A stretch of 63,248 nucleotides of DNA, filler included, from Pelomyxa schiedti (taxonomy: Eukaryota > Protista > Evosea): the NCBI GenBank assembly GCA_020536535.1. It is 9 parts of 9 records of this genome, joined end to end, with 100 filler letters (N's around TTAATTAATTAA, not from the genome) between each part and the next. Parts side by side here need not be neighbours in the genome. Positions count along the whole stretch, not along the records: positions 32,274 to 35,552 come from JAHLWZ010001774.1; positions 35,653 to 40,344 come from JAHLWZ010001565.1; positions 40,445 to 43,837 come from JAHLWZ010001745.1; positions 43,938 to 50,302 come from JAHLWZ010001429.1; 5 more parts are not named here. One strand, 5' to 3'. The position numbers were made by a program, and so were the translations under genes. Under the pieces are notes generated by a model. It saw only the letters and a program-made list of their open reading frames with translations, was not told the origin of the DNA and did no database searches. Positions 34,378 to 46,274 of the stretch are shown piece by piece (position 1 is the first letter of the stretch; each line of letters opens with the position of its first letter).

Positions 34378-35520
34378 ATGGACACCGAAACGCCATCCGC
34401 GTCACTGGTTGTGCCGCCAGAAAGCAATTGCGCATTGACAACTCGTGGCCAGTTTTTGGCCCTCGTGACGTCGTCTCACCCGCGATGCGGCTCTCGCAGC
34501 CCGGCCCGCCAAGTGTGCTCCATCGAACCACTCGTGGCCACATTATGGGACACCGCCGTGGCTCCCACAATCACCCGCTGCGTGTTGGTCGTGGGGGCCG
34601 TCCCCGGGGGGGCGGTTTACCACGTGTCGATCGGGCTGTGTCAGTCCCTCGGAAGTGTGAGTGATTCCCCGGCGTTGGTTGATGTGCCGAGGTCTGGTAT
34701 CACGTGGCTGACACCCGAATTGTTCTGTAAAGTCCGGAGAGGAAATGAAATCGATGTGCAGCGCGTTGGGTGTGACAGGACCGCGAGGATTGCAGTTGAA
34801 AGGCCGGCATACGGCCAGGCCATCAACTGGAAGTGGTTTGTCAGTTGGGGGAATGGTGATGCCCTGTCTGTGAGGAAACTGGTGCACAGTGGAATGGATG
34901 TAAGAGTGTCTGAGGCTGTTGTTGCTCCTCGCAGGGTGTCTGAGTGGAACACCATAGATATGGAATTTAACAAGCTGAATCCAGATGAGATTCTACTTAG
35001 GGCACAAAGTAAAAGCGGTGCAACACTCACTCTGATTGATGTTGCTGGAACATTCCAATCAAAGATAACCGTAGTGTTGAGCTGCGCAGTCCTGGCCTTG
35101 TCGGTACTGGATTCGATTGTTATGAGAAGGAATTCTGGTTATCCTCTTTTTATGGTGCTTGCTCGAGGCTGGGAAATTCACGCAGTAATTGACCCATCAA
35201 CAGGGACATCAAAGGTGGTTGCTCACAAGTGCAGTTCTCTCACACAGGTCAGTTCCACTGTATTCGGTGTTTGGCATGACACTCGTGCATTATTTGAACT
35301 TTGGGACTGCAACAGCCTGTACAAACCACTCAGGGAAGTGAATCCTGGTGGGTACAGTTTTGAGCAAGTTATCAGTGGGAGGAGTTTCCTGTTTGGGCTC
35401 ATTGATGATAAGATTGTGGTGATGGAAGCCCACAGTCAAACTGTTGTGATTACATTACAGCTGTTGCTTCCCTCTCAACAGGAGCTCTATCTTAGCTCGC
35501 ATTCTTCTGTTTTGTATTAA
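34378..35520 (+). CDS. Hypothetical protein, 'QFxAL..RCG..SP' family
   Basis: 380-aa intronless ORF with TRGQFLALVTSSHPRCGSRSPARQV. Confidence 0.75.
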   Translation: MDTETPSASLVVPPESNCALTTRGQFLALVTSSHPRCGSRSPARQVCSIEPLVATLWDTAVAPTITRCVLVVGAVPGGAVYHVSIGLCQSLGSVSDSPALVDVPRSGITWLTPELFCKVRRGNEIDVQRVGCDRTARIAVERPAYGQAINWKWFVSWGNGDALSVRKLVHSGMDVRVSEAVVAPRRVSEWNTIDMEFNKLNPDEILLRAQSKSGATLTLIDVAGTFQSKITVVLSCAVLALSVLDSIVMRRNSGYPLFMVLARGWEIHAVIDPSTGTSKVVAHKCSSLTQVSSTVFGVWHDTRALFELWDCNSLYKPLREVNPGGYSFEQVISGRSFLFGLIDDKIVVMEAHSQTVVITLQLLLPSQQELYLSSHSSVLY

Positions 35521-36321
35521 TACTAATTCCCTGTTTGAAATCTACTTCAGTGNNNNNNNNNNNNNNNNNNNNNNNNNNNNNNNNNNNNNNNNNNNNTTAA
35601 TTAATTAANNNNNNNNNNNNNNNNNNNNNNNNNNNNNNNNNNNNNNNNNNNNATGGAATGACGAAGTGGATGGGAATGTCGATATGCGTTGTTGTAGTAG
35701 GTTGGTGATGATGTTCGGCGTTCGGTGATCGTTGTTCTGTGATGCAAGTAGCGTGTGTCAATGGTGTTTTTTTGTAGAGTATGTGTATGTGAAATGAAAA
35801 TTCGGAATTAACAAGCTTGTTAACAATGGCACATTGACCTCTTGTGGGGTTTTGGTTGTTTCCCAGATCCATGTGTGTTACCCTTCCAAGGTGAGTGTGT
35901 GTGCAGTGCCATTCTCGCATTTGCACCTATGTTGTGTGCAGATTTGGTGTTAGAATTACCATGAATTCCACATTATCACTCTTGTAATCACTATTCCACC
36001 ATGCCGGATTCTCTCTCGTCACTATGCCGGTATCTCCGCATACCTCAATGTTGCAAGAGATTTCTGTTTTCTGTTTGTTAGAACTGATGCCTTCTTAGAA
36101 CGAAAGAGAATTTTTGTGAGCGCTTCGATGATGACGATGACGCTGTACGGAAGTGATGTTCGGGCGACGAAGAAAGCACTCGACCCTTCGCAAAACACCA
36201 GCATAGTTCATCATCTTTGTGTTGCCCAGCCAGTCCCATGATTGTTGGTGGTGAAAAGAAATGTATTGCCATTGTGGCCCTGTTCAACAACATTCTTCAT
36301 TAACCAAGTGAGTGGGTGGGG

Positions 36322-38204
36322 TCAGTGATGTGCTGTGTCAATGAGCCAGCACTTTTCGTAAAATCCACCATAGGATGTGCAGAAGCCGGCAATTTCTTCC
36401 ATTGAGACATCAGGGAAGTGTCTCAGAGTGAACTGGGCAATTACTGGTGAATGGCACACAAGCTGGAGGAACTTCTCCTTGATGACGGTGGCTGTGATGC
36501 CTGCTGGGAACACCTCCACAATCATCTGCCACGTGGCCAAGTCAAACCAGAAAAGGTACCTCAGGGGATCCCATGGAATTCTCAAGACCTGTTTTTTTTT
36601 TGTTTGACATGATTATTGTTTCAGCTATTGACGGTAAGAAAAGTTTCACTCCTACCTCTTCAAATGTGATGTTGAACTTGTTGATGAGCCACTCTGCACA
36701 GCACTCTTGTCCCCATGATATTAGCTTGAACAGTATCTGATTGTTGTCAGCTGTGAGGTGTTCACGTTCAAGTTGAAAGTGTGTGATCAGCCACTTCAAT
36801 ATTTTGCTGGATCCTGCACTTCTGGCACCTGAAAGGCACATGGAAACAGAGTCCTTGGTGAATCCACCCCCATGGTCATCCATCATCATGGATATGACCC
36901 TTTTTACTTGTGTGACAGAACCACGAACGCTTTCCCTGAGGGCAAGCGTGAGTAGGTTTGACCTTTCTTTTTCAGGGATCATCATTGGGAACTTCTCTAG
37001 GAGAAGGAGAGCTGCTTTGGTTGACTTGTGGTGGTGCAAAAGCACTCCCACACAGTCCACGACAAACCCTGGTGTTTCGTTGTTGTGACTGTGAACAGCA
37101 GTACCTTGGAAATCCAAGCGACACAGCAGCCACTCCAGGCCAGCAGCCCCTCCAAAGTAATCTGGCATCCCTCGACACACCCTCACCAGCAGCTGTCCCG
37201 CAGCTTCAGCTCCCTGATGGCGTTCCAGTATGTGATGGGAGTCTTCCAACCATGATGCAATTGACGTGTGGGAGTGGGCCAACGCAATGACAAACGCGTT
37301 GTCAATGTCGTCTTTGGAAAGAGAAACTCTCGTTGACAACCACTTCACCAGCTGCGTGTGTTCTTCAACGCTCTTGCACACTGTGAGGAATAGTGGCGCC
37401 AGATTCGTTGCGATCAAGTTGCCTTCCACGAAGAACTTGATGAGATCAAGTACTTCTCTTCCCCCTCTTTCACAGATCTTCTCCACAATTTGCAAGGTGG
37501 GAACAGTGCTGAACTCAGACAGCATCCACTTTAACACATCAAGCCTTCTGACGCAGCCAAACTCCAGTGGCCCAGGGGGGTGATCGAACTCTAGGTGTTG
37601 GCGCACGTACCTGCAGATATCCACACAGCTGCTGGTCTTTCCAGAAATGCAACTTGCGAAGGTAAAGGTTGAAGGCACCGCCACTCCAGAGAACGTTTCA
37701 AAGCACCACTTGACAACCTCCAGGTTCTCACTCTTGCACGCCTTCGAGTGCAGGTCCAGAGTGCTGTATCTCCTGAACCTTTCCGCCAAGCCGAAGGTGC
37801 CAACCATCCACTGAGCCAACTCCAGCTGATTCCCTTCCAGTGCACCCTCAAGCGGCCGCACGAATTCCCATGGTTCCCTGATTCCGAACCTCTGTACCAG
37901 CCACTTGGCCACGTCACTCCACCCCCTCTGACAGACCCTCCACAGGGTTCCTGATTCCCTCACGTGATCGCACAGATCCTGATCCCCCCAGTAATTTTCA
38001 TGCCCCTCATCACTCTCACCACCGCCACAAGACACAGACGCAGACACAGCACCACAGCCACAGCCCCCCACGTTCCCATACGCACCACCCTTCCACCACA
38101 TGATCTCAGGCCAGCCCCCTCCGACCAGCCTCTGAGCCATCTCCAGGTGTCCGCCCACACACAGCCCCGCAAGCACACACACGAACTCCTTGTTCTCCCT
38201 CCTC
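36322..38204 (-). CDS. Ankyrin-repeat-like family protein (copy 5), 5' end lost at the fold-back junction
   Basis: ENKEFVCVLAGLCVGGHLEMAQRLV..ACKSENLEVVKWCF..ITFEE, intron, then VLRIPW. Confidence 0.75.
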
Positions 38205-38928
38205 CTCCTTCTCCTAGAGAAGTTCCCAATGATGATCCCTGAAAAAGAAAGGTCAAACCTACTCACGCTTGCCCTCAGGGAAAGCGTTCGTGGTTCTGTC
38301 ACACAAGTAAAAAGGGTCATATCCATGATGATGGATGACCATGGGGGTGGATTCACCAAGGACTCTGTTTCCATGTGCCTTTCAGGTGCCAGAAGTGCAG
38401 GATCCAGCAAAATATTGAAGTGGCTGATCACACACTTTCAACTTGAACGTGAACACCTCACAGCTGACAACAATCAGATACTGTTCAAGCTAATATCATG
38501 GGGACAAGAGTGCTGTGCAGAGTGGCTCATCAACAAGTTCAACATCACATTTGAAGAGGTAGGAGTGAAACTTTTCTTACCGTCAATAGCTGAAACAATA
38601 ATCATGTCAAACAAAAAAAAAACAGGTCTTGAGAATTCCATGGGATCCCCTGAGGTACCTTTTCTGGTTTGACTTGGCCACGTGGCAGATGATTGTGGAG
38701 GTGTTCCCAGCAGGCATCACAGCCACCGTCATCAAGGAGAAGTTCCTCCAGCTTGTGTGCCATTCACCAGTAATTGCCCAGTTCACTCTGAGACACTTCC
38801 CTGATGTCTCAATGGAAGAAATTGCCGGCTTCTGCACATCCTATGGTGGATTTTACGAAAAGTGCTGGCTCATTGACAGCACATCACTGACCCCACCCAC
38901 TCACTTGGTTAAGGAAGAATGTTGTTGA
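38205..38928 (+). pseudogene. Inverted duplicate of the 3' part of copy 5
   Basis: Same translation as copy 5 from LLLEKFP onward; a 2-nt indel changes the C-terminus; no 5' part. Confidence 0.7.
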
Positions 38929-40692
38929 ACAGGGCCACAATGGCAATACATTTCTTTTCACCACCACCAATCATGGGAGCTGGGCAACACAACGATGATG
39001 AACTATGCTGGTGTTTTGCGAAGGGGTCGAGTGCTTTCTTCGTCGCCCGAACATCACTTCTGTACAGCGTCATCGTCATCATCGAAGCGCTCACAAAAAT
39101 TCTCTTTCGTTCTAAGAAGGCATCAGTTCTAACAAACAGAAAACAGAAATCTCTTGCAACATTGAGGTATGCGGAGATACTGGCATAGTGACGAGAGAGA
39201 ATCCGGCATGGTGGAATAGTGATTACAAGAGTGATAATGTGGAATTGCGTTCTCAACCGGCAGTTTGGAGGGGATTACCAGCACTGAAGCCAATTCCGGC
39301 ACTGGCAGCATGCATCCTGCAACATGATTAGCACGGAAATGATGGGAATGATGCATACAACACCCGGCAAACGTTCTTACAAACGTGGGAATGCTAGACA
39401 TGCAGAATCGAAGCTGAAAATCATCCAAAGCTATGTAGCATTATTACCACTCTATTTATTCATTTCGGTTGTATTTATTGGCTTGTATTTGCATTTTATT
39501 AAGCAGTTAATGCTATTGGGATTATTGAATTTCACTCCATGATATAGAAATTTTCGAAATAGTCATGGTAAACAATCTTTGAAGTGAGGAATACATACCC
39601 AATGTTTTGGTTGCACTCTGTCTGTGCATATGGATGAGCTGCAAAGCATCAATTTCCACTCTCAGAATTGTCATATCTGTCAGACCTCATTGTTAGTTGG
39701 ACGATAATGGGAAAAAATGCACGCACTTTGTTTCCCTGTAGGATTACCCAGGGCACTACAACATGGAAATTTTAGCTGCACCGAAAAGCAGCATTGGAAT
39801 TGCTGAACTTCACGGCAGGCCAAAGAGTAGGAAGGAACCTGTGGTGTTGAGGAGGTTGCCTTGTCCAGTTTGAGGCACTTGGGCAAGAAGGGAAAACTTG
39901 TCATTGGACCACCAAGCCAGGATCTATGAGCCAATATTTATATCATCTGGAGGCACCAGAATATTCTGCATGAAGTTAGTTTGGCATCTCTGAAAAGAAT
40001 GGCGTTACCTTGCAGTGCAAGATGGACAACCTGAGGAATTCATGGTAATTCTAACACCAAATCTGCACACAACATAGGTGCAAATGTGAGAATGGCGCTG
40101 CACACACACTCACCTTGGAAGGGTAACACACATGGATCTGGGAAACAACCAAAACCCCACAAGAGGTCAAAGTGCTATTGCTTGTTAATTCCGAATTTTC
40201 ATTTCACATACACATACTCTACAAAAAAAACACCATTGACACACGCTACTTGCATCACAGAACAACGATCACCGAACGCCGAACATCATCACCAACCTAC
40301 TACAACAACGCATATCGACATTCCCATCCACTTCGTCATTCCATNNNNNNNNNNNNNNNNNNNNNNNNNNNNNNNNNNNNNNNNNNNNTTAATTAATTAA
40401 NNNNNNNNNNNNNNNNNNNNNNNNNNNNNNNNNNNNNNNNNNNNCCGTGCTTCTTGTTCTGAAGTGAGTGAGCCCTTGTGCCGTTACAATTGTGAGCCCC
40501 TGAATCGCGACCGTGGTATCTCATCAAATCCACTTTGTTTTGTCAGACAGGATGAGGCACCCTCCGCCGTGGCCAGACAGGACCACCTTGTGACCACTGC
40601 ATACATTCATTACACCATGACAGGCACACAGCTGGCAATACTGACGATAAGTAACACACCCTGAACCGGCCAATAAATTTCAAACAAATTCC

Positions 40693-41898
40693 TTAGTAGG
40701 TGATTTCAATTGTGAGAAATGCAAGTAGTGTGGCAGTTTTTGTATCGTGAATGCATATGTCAACAACGTCCTGCTGGGTGGAATCCCTTCGGACGACATA
40801 CAGCTCGTCCGATGAACAAGGATAGTCACCAAGGTTGCTGTACTGCTTCTTCTCGTACTGGCAACATGGTGTGCTCATGTCTGAAGCGCTGTACACCTCA
40901 TACATTGATGATTTGTGTTTCAACCAAACAATGTGACGAGCAAAAACAGAGCGAAGGTAGTAATCCGCTGTAGGAAATGTATGCAGTTCCCCTGTCACTG
41001 TGTTGTAAACTCTGTAGCAATCATGCCTTACGTCACGGTGCAGAGTGAGTATCGTGTCTGGTGAGGACCAAAGGAAGCTCGATGCCTCTGAGTATGGGAG
41101 TGAATGGCTCTCCCTGGCCTCCACAGTGACTCCAGCACCACAACTCTTCTCGAGGTCAACAAATGATATGAAGGCTCCCCCCTCTCTGCCACTACCCCTC
41201 TCTCCGATAAGGACAACTTCATCACCACAAGGATCAAATGGAGAGAACCGTGCTCCATCGTTTCTCGGTCGCAAGGAGGTGCATCTCACAACAGTTGCGT
41301 GGGACGGGCACACGGGCACACCGTTGTTCATCCTGTACACAACCAGGTTCTTCGCTGCATCGACCTTCACAAGCCACTTTCCGTTGGTTCTCCACACAGG
41401 GTACTTGTCCACCTCCCCGTCACCAAGCGTTGCCACCACGTTCCCCCTGCTGTCAACGACACACGAAGGTTTCAGCTCATCACACATGAACCTGTCGTCA
41501 CCCACGGTCACCGTGATGCACCCAGAGGCCCGGTAGTCGAGGCACGTGCACCACACCACGCCAAGTGTTGCGCTCACACCAATGGACACATTCACCTGCT
41601 CGAGGGACCACTCGGGCTCCATCTCGTCGGAATCGGCATCAGCACGTGGTACAGGGAGAATGATGGTGGTGCCGACCTGCCGGCAACAGCCGACGACCCA
41701 GTCGCGGCCGAACGACTCGCACAGCGCCCGATTGTGGGACACCAACTTGGCCGCGCTCCCGAGGCCGCACCTCTCGATCGACGAGCTCGCGAACGCAACG
41801 AACTGCGATCGCACATCAACCACAGCGCCAATTGTTGTGTGTCCCAACCCAGGAATCGTCACCGATTGATGTGTCCTTGTTGTTGGCCTTCCGTACAT
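40693..41898 (-). CDS. Hypothetical protein, 'QFxAL..RCG' family
   Basis: VRSQFVAFASSSIERCGLGSAAKLV..ESFGRDWV; paralog of the neighbouring gene. Confidence 0.75.
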   Translation of the reverse strand: MYGRPTTRTHQSVTIPGLGHTTIGAVVDVRSQFVAFASSSIERCGLGSAAKLVSHNRALCESFGRDWVVGCCRQVGTTIILPVPRADADSDEMEPEWSLEQVNVSIGVSATLGVVWCTCLDYRASGCITVTVGDDRFMCDELKPSCVVDSRGNVVATLGDGEVDKYPVWRTNGKWLVKVDAAKNLVVYRMNNGVPVCPSHATVVRCTSLRPRNDGARFSPFDPCGDEVVLIGERGSGREGGAFISFVDLEKSCGAGVTVEARESHSLPYSEASSFLWSSPDTILTLHRDVRHDCYRVYNTVTGELHTFPTADYYLRSVFARHIVWLKHKSSMYEVYSASDMSTPCCQYEKKQYSNLGDYPCSSDELYVVRRDSTQQDVVDICIHDTKTATLLAFLTIEITY

Positions 41899-42046
41899 TT
41901 GGGTGAAAAAGAAATCAACACGCCGAACAATGTGGCCATGGGGGATGAGAATCATCACTTGGTTCGGTCTCTTGTTTTTTGCAGCATTGAATTTTCACCA
42001 ATGACAGTTATGGCACGGGTGTAATCAGTTGTCAGTGCAGCTGTGA

Positions 42047-43402
42047 CTACAACCAGGTGATCGTGAGAACGAGGAGAGAAGTCCCTGCAAAAACATCGTG
42101 GATGGAAACTGAGGTCTGCTGTTTTCCGAGTACAAGGAGGTCCTCAGGGATGGATCTTTGAATTGTGAAGATTCCTTTGTTGGTTGCCAGGGTTGACGAA
42201 GACTCATCAGCATCCCAGCACTCAATCAGTGAACACGGGGTCGCGTCCAAGGCCGAAGCTGGGTATATCTCCGTGATTGTGCCACTGGCTTTGTAGCAGT
42301 ACATTCTTCTGGATTCTGCAGAAGAACCGTGCAGCTTTGCACAGATGTGTGCTGGGTGAATCATGCACACTGACTTGTACTTGGATGCGGGAAAGCTGTG
42401 AAGATTACCTGATTTTGTGTTGTAGACATCGTAACCCGTTGCTGTTTGGTGAAGCGTGACAATGGCGTCAGGTTCATCCCACACCATGTCAACTGGGTTG
42501 GGATGAGGCACTGAAAACCGATTTGTCACAACCAGCACTCGATTAGCAACGCTCTTTTGCAAGTCTACGAATGAAACGCACACAGTGCCCTCTTCTGAAA
42601 TCCCTGCCAAAACGAGCTCATCACTGCAAGGGTCACTGAACCGAGGGAACTTGGCACAACCAACTCCCCACTTCACTTGCACACAGTTGCACGCAACAGG
42701 AAGAGGGGGCTGATGATTGGTGCCCCAATCGACCCAGTTCGATGGGATTACAGTGAGCACATTCCACAGCAGCATCTTATTCTGATGCGCCTCATCATCA
42801 CCCATCTCCAGCTTCACAACCCACTTTTTGTTGCACACGAATGAGGTGCCACTTGGTGCACCCATCCTCACGTCGCCTTCCAGGCTTGCCAGCAGCCTCC
42901 CACTTCTCTCAATCACATGAACGCGAGCAGTGCTGCTTCCTCCACCAGCCAAGTGGCTGGTGGTCACGAACCTGTCATTCCCCAAATTCCCCACATTCCC
43001 CTGGATAACAGCACCATCAAAACCGCCACTCCACCCAATCTCGCTCCCTCCCTCTGAATCACTGCCGTCACCGCCATCGCGATCGCCACTCCTCAACATG
43101 GTACTGTTGTCCCAGCAGTTGCACCACACCACACCCAGTGTCACACTCACACCAATGAACAAATGAACTCTTTGTACTGTGGGATGGGCACAACAAGGGG
43201 ATGGGGGGAACAGCAACGTGCATCCCACAATCTTGGATGGGCCGGCGATCCACGACCGGCCCAGTTCCTCAACGACCGAGGGTGTTCCTGCCAACACGCG
43301 CACCGGGCTCGCAACGCCACACCGTCCCACAATCGTGGCGCATGCCAAGGCAACAAATTGAGCTCGTCCGTCGACCATCAGCCTCGTCACCACCACTTCC
43401 AT
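42047..43402 (-). CDS. Hypothetical protein, 'QFxAL..RCG..SP' family
   Basis: GRAQFVALACATIVGRCGVASPVRVL..EELGRSWI; shares DPCxDE and SFVDLxKS with 40693-41898. Confidence 0.75.
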   Translation of the reverse strand: MEVVVTRLMVDGRAQFVALACATIVGRCGVASPVRVLAGTPSVVEELGRSWIAGPSKIVGCTLLFPPSPCCAHPTVQRVHLFIGVSVTLGVVWCNCWDNSTMLRSGDRDGGDGSDSEGGSEIGWSGGFDGAVIQGNVGNLGNDRFVTTSHLAGGGSSTARVHVIERSGRLLASLEGDVRMGAPSGTSFVCNKKWVVKLEMGDDEAHQNKMLLWNVLTVIPSNWVDWGTNHQPPLPVACNCVQVKWGVGCAKFPRFSDPCSDELVLAGISEEGTVCVSFVDLQKSVANRVLVVTNRFSVPHPNPVDMVWDEPDAIVTLHQTATGYDVYNTKSGNLHSFPASKYKSVCMIHPAHICAKLHGSSAESRRMYCYKASGTITEIYPASALDATPCSLIECWDADESSSTLATNKGIFTIQRSIPEDLLVLGKQQTSVSIHDVFAGTSLLVLTITWL

Positions 43403-43470
43403 TTTTTTTTTCGATGACGATTGTTCGTTGAACAAATTGGGTTCCAATCATGAAGTGAAACATCAGTCTG

Positions 43471-43837
43471 ATGGGCACGGCGGCCGATCCCCACCAGCCC
43501 CAGGGGGAGTGTGACAACAACATTTTAGTGCATGAGAGCGTCACCGAGTGTATCGTTAAGCACGTGGATGACTTGGCCACGTTGGCGGCACTGGATGTTG
43601 CCAACAAGATGTTCCACAGATTCGCTGCTCCTACGTGTGTACCTGTTGTTTTGTTGTTTTGTTGTGCGATGCTCAATAACACAGTCTTTAACAACTTAAT
43701 TCGATTCAGAAAACTCGAGGCATTCAAGCTTACAAGAGTAGTGTGGACAACAAAACGAGAGAGTATAGAGGATGTACAACAGGCTGGAATCAAGGTGTGT
43801 GTGGTTGGAAGACCCAAATCAGGCAAAACATGCATTA
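43471..43837 (+). CDS. Putative F-box-like plus Ras-superfamily small GTPase, 3' truncated
   Basis: ESVTECIVKHVDDLATLAALDVANKMFH followed by IKVCVVGRPKSGKTCI (G1 P-loop). Confidence 0.5.
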
Positions 43838-43937
43838 NNNNNNNNNNNNNNNNNNNNNNNNNNNNNNNNNNNNNNNNNNNNTTAATTAATTAANNNNNNN
43901 NNNNNNNNNNNNNNNNNNNNNNNNNNNNNNNNNNNNN

Positions 43938-44137
43938 AAACAACAACAGTTTCAGCAGTAGTGACATCACGAGAGGAGGCCACTCAGAACAACAACGATG
44001 GTGCGGAAAACCCTGTTGCTGTGTTGGTGGGGTCGGTGATGATCAGGATGATGAACCCCGACAAGGCTGCCAGGCTCTCAGCTGCAGATGCCATCTTAGC
44101 ACTCACTCCAGAATCAACATCCAATGGCAAACTCTGA
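43938..44137 (+). CDS. C-terminal fragment of a protein kinase
   Basis: IRMMNPDKAARLSAADAILAL resembles kinase subdomain XI; TGA at 44135. Confidence 0.5.
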
Positions 44138-44495
44138 GCACTCTCATCTTTGGAATCACTTGTGTCCAAAGACAAACAAATTACTCGAAAACAAAACACT
44201 CTGTTTTTCCCTCAACCTGGTACAGAACGACACCCATTCTCCCATTGATCAATGATGATCGCTGGCAGCACCAGTGGTGCATTTTCCACTCTATTTCGTC
44301 TACGACACGTAAGAGTACCCTTAGTTGTCAACAAAATGAAAGGCTGTGGTGTGTGGTGGATTAGTGTTAGTAAGTAGTTTTCGAAAAAAAGCAAGACCAA
44401 GAGAAAGGAAATTTCTCTAGCTCTTACGTTCAGCATCTGGCCTGGGCCAGATGGCGGATCAAGAGAACACGAAGTTACTTCGTAGTTTTTTCTTT

Positions 44496-46250
44496 ATGGC
44501 ATCAAGTAAGGCCGTGGATGACACCAGCAAAATTGGTTCCCTTGTCAAGCAGGCAAACGCAGGCGACACCGACGCGATGACTTCTCTGGGTCGGCATTAC
44601 CGCTTTGGCGACGATGAACTGGACGAACTGGCCGACAAGGACCTCGAGCTGGCACTTTACTGGTTCCGCAAGGCGCACAATGTACAGGGGCTGTTCGAAC
44701 TCGGGTGCGACTGCTACAACGGCGGCCGCGACGGGTCCAACCGCGACACAGACAAGGCAGTGTCCGCATGGGCCGCGGCCGTGGCTGCCGACCTGCGCCA
44801 CGACTGCAGCAGTGCAATGGCGCGGCTTGGCCGGTGCTACCAGCGCGGCGTGGGCGTGGAGTGTGACCGACCGTGGGCCGTGTCGCTCTACACTGCGGCA
44901 ATCGTCAAGCACAAGTGGCACTCGTGGCGGCTTGGTGTGTGCTATCTGCGTGGCGAGGGGGTGCAGAGGGACTGGGCCAGGGCCGTGGAGCTCTTCCGGC
45001 AGGGTGGTACAGGTGGTGGTGATGCACAGGCGTACCTTGGGTGGTGTTACTTGTGGGGGTGTGGCGTGGGAAGGGACGTGGCAAAGGGTGTGCAACTACT
45101 CACTGGTGCTGCTGCAGGGTCTTTCGGTTTGCAGGCCAAGGTGTTCCTTGGGTATTGTCATGAAAGGGGCATTGGGGTTGGACTGGACCCCAACAAGGCT
45201 CGTGAGTTGTTCAACGAGGCAAAGTGCACACAATGGGATGGTGTGGAGGCACTTGGGGAACTTGGAGAGTATTGTGAAAGGGGAGACTGTGGAGCACCAA
45301 CAGACAAGAGGGCTGCTGTTGGATATTTCCAGATGGGTGCCGATGCTGGTGATCCTGTTTCAATGTTTCACCTCGGTGTATGTCTCAGGGATGGTGTTGG
45401 TGTTGACTGCAACGCGGAGCAGTCACACCACTGGTTTGTGATGGCTGCCAAGCTTGGTCACAAGGGTGCTGCAGATAACCTCTCATCGTCTTCAGTTAGA
45501 AGCAATGGGAGGATCAATGCAGTTCAGCAACAAGAAGAGGTTGAAACATTGGTTGCAACAGTGCACGCCTTGGAAGAACAGCTCCTTGAAGAAAGGGAAC
45601 ATTATGAAGAGGTGTGTTACTTTACTAAGTCTAATTTGATTTAAATGAAACACACACACAGCAAGTTGACTCTCTGAAGAAACAACTTTCAGCACAGTAT
45701 GAAGAGGCGGTTTTGCATTCCTTCCTTTCTCTTCAACCACTCAAAAAAAACAGAAGGAGAAGGAAAAACTTGTGAACCGTATCAAGGAAACAGAGACAGC
45801 TCTCTGTAATGCAGAAAACTTGAGGAAAGACCTCACAGAAGAACTGGAAAGATACAAGGTTCTTCTCATCAGGAACATAAGCCACAACTCACCCATGAAT
45901 CAGACGATTGTGAACACAATGACATCACTTATTTCAGCAACTATTGGTGATTTTGGAGTGGAGAAACTTCTTGGCACTGGTTCCAATGCCGCTGCGTTCA
46001 AAGTGCAATACCGAACAACAACATTCAATATCAACCACACCAACAGCCAAAGGCGTGCCACTTCAACAGTCTCTCGAGCACCATCAACCAGAACAACCAC
46101 AGACATGGTCATGAAAGTGCTTTTCAACTGGGAGAGCACGCCACGGCAGACACTGGTGAGGCAGAAATACATGCTTGAATGTGTTGCCCTCTCATTGGTT
46201 CCAAATCACCCAAACGTGATCCACCCTCTTGGTGCTTTGGTCATCCCTTG
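44496..46250 (+). CDS. Sel1-repeat, coiled-coil, protein kinase (N-lobe only); interrupted
   Basis: Multiple Sel1 repeats (LGxCYxxGxGVxxD..A). Kinase start FGVEKLLGTGSNAAAFKV..MVMKVL..HPNVIHPLG, then an abrupt switch to integrase sequence. Confidence 0.75.
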
Positions 46251-46274
46251 GTATTTCATTCCCTCTCTTTTCCC

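Larger units (their letters stand above)
35653..40344. repeat. Contig-wide inverted duplication (arms 35653-37009 and 38205-40344)
   Basis: The right arm is the reverse complement of the left apart from SNPs, small indels and a 788-nt insert. Both contig ends stop at the same base. Confidence 0.9.

Noticed and set aside
36542-38431. 629-aa ORF with a novel N-terminus
   Set aside because: The first roughly 75 aa are the antisense translation of the inverted arm.
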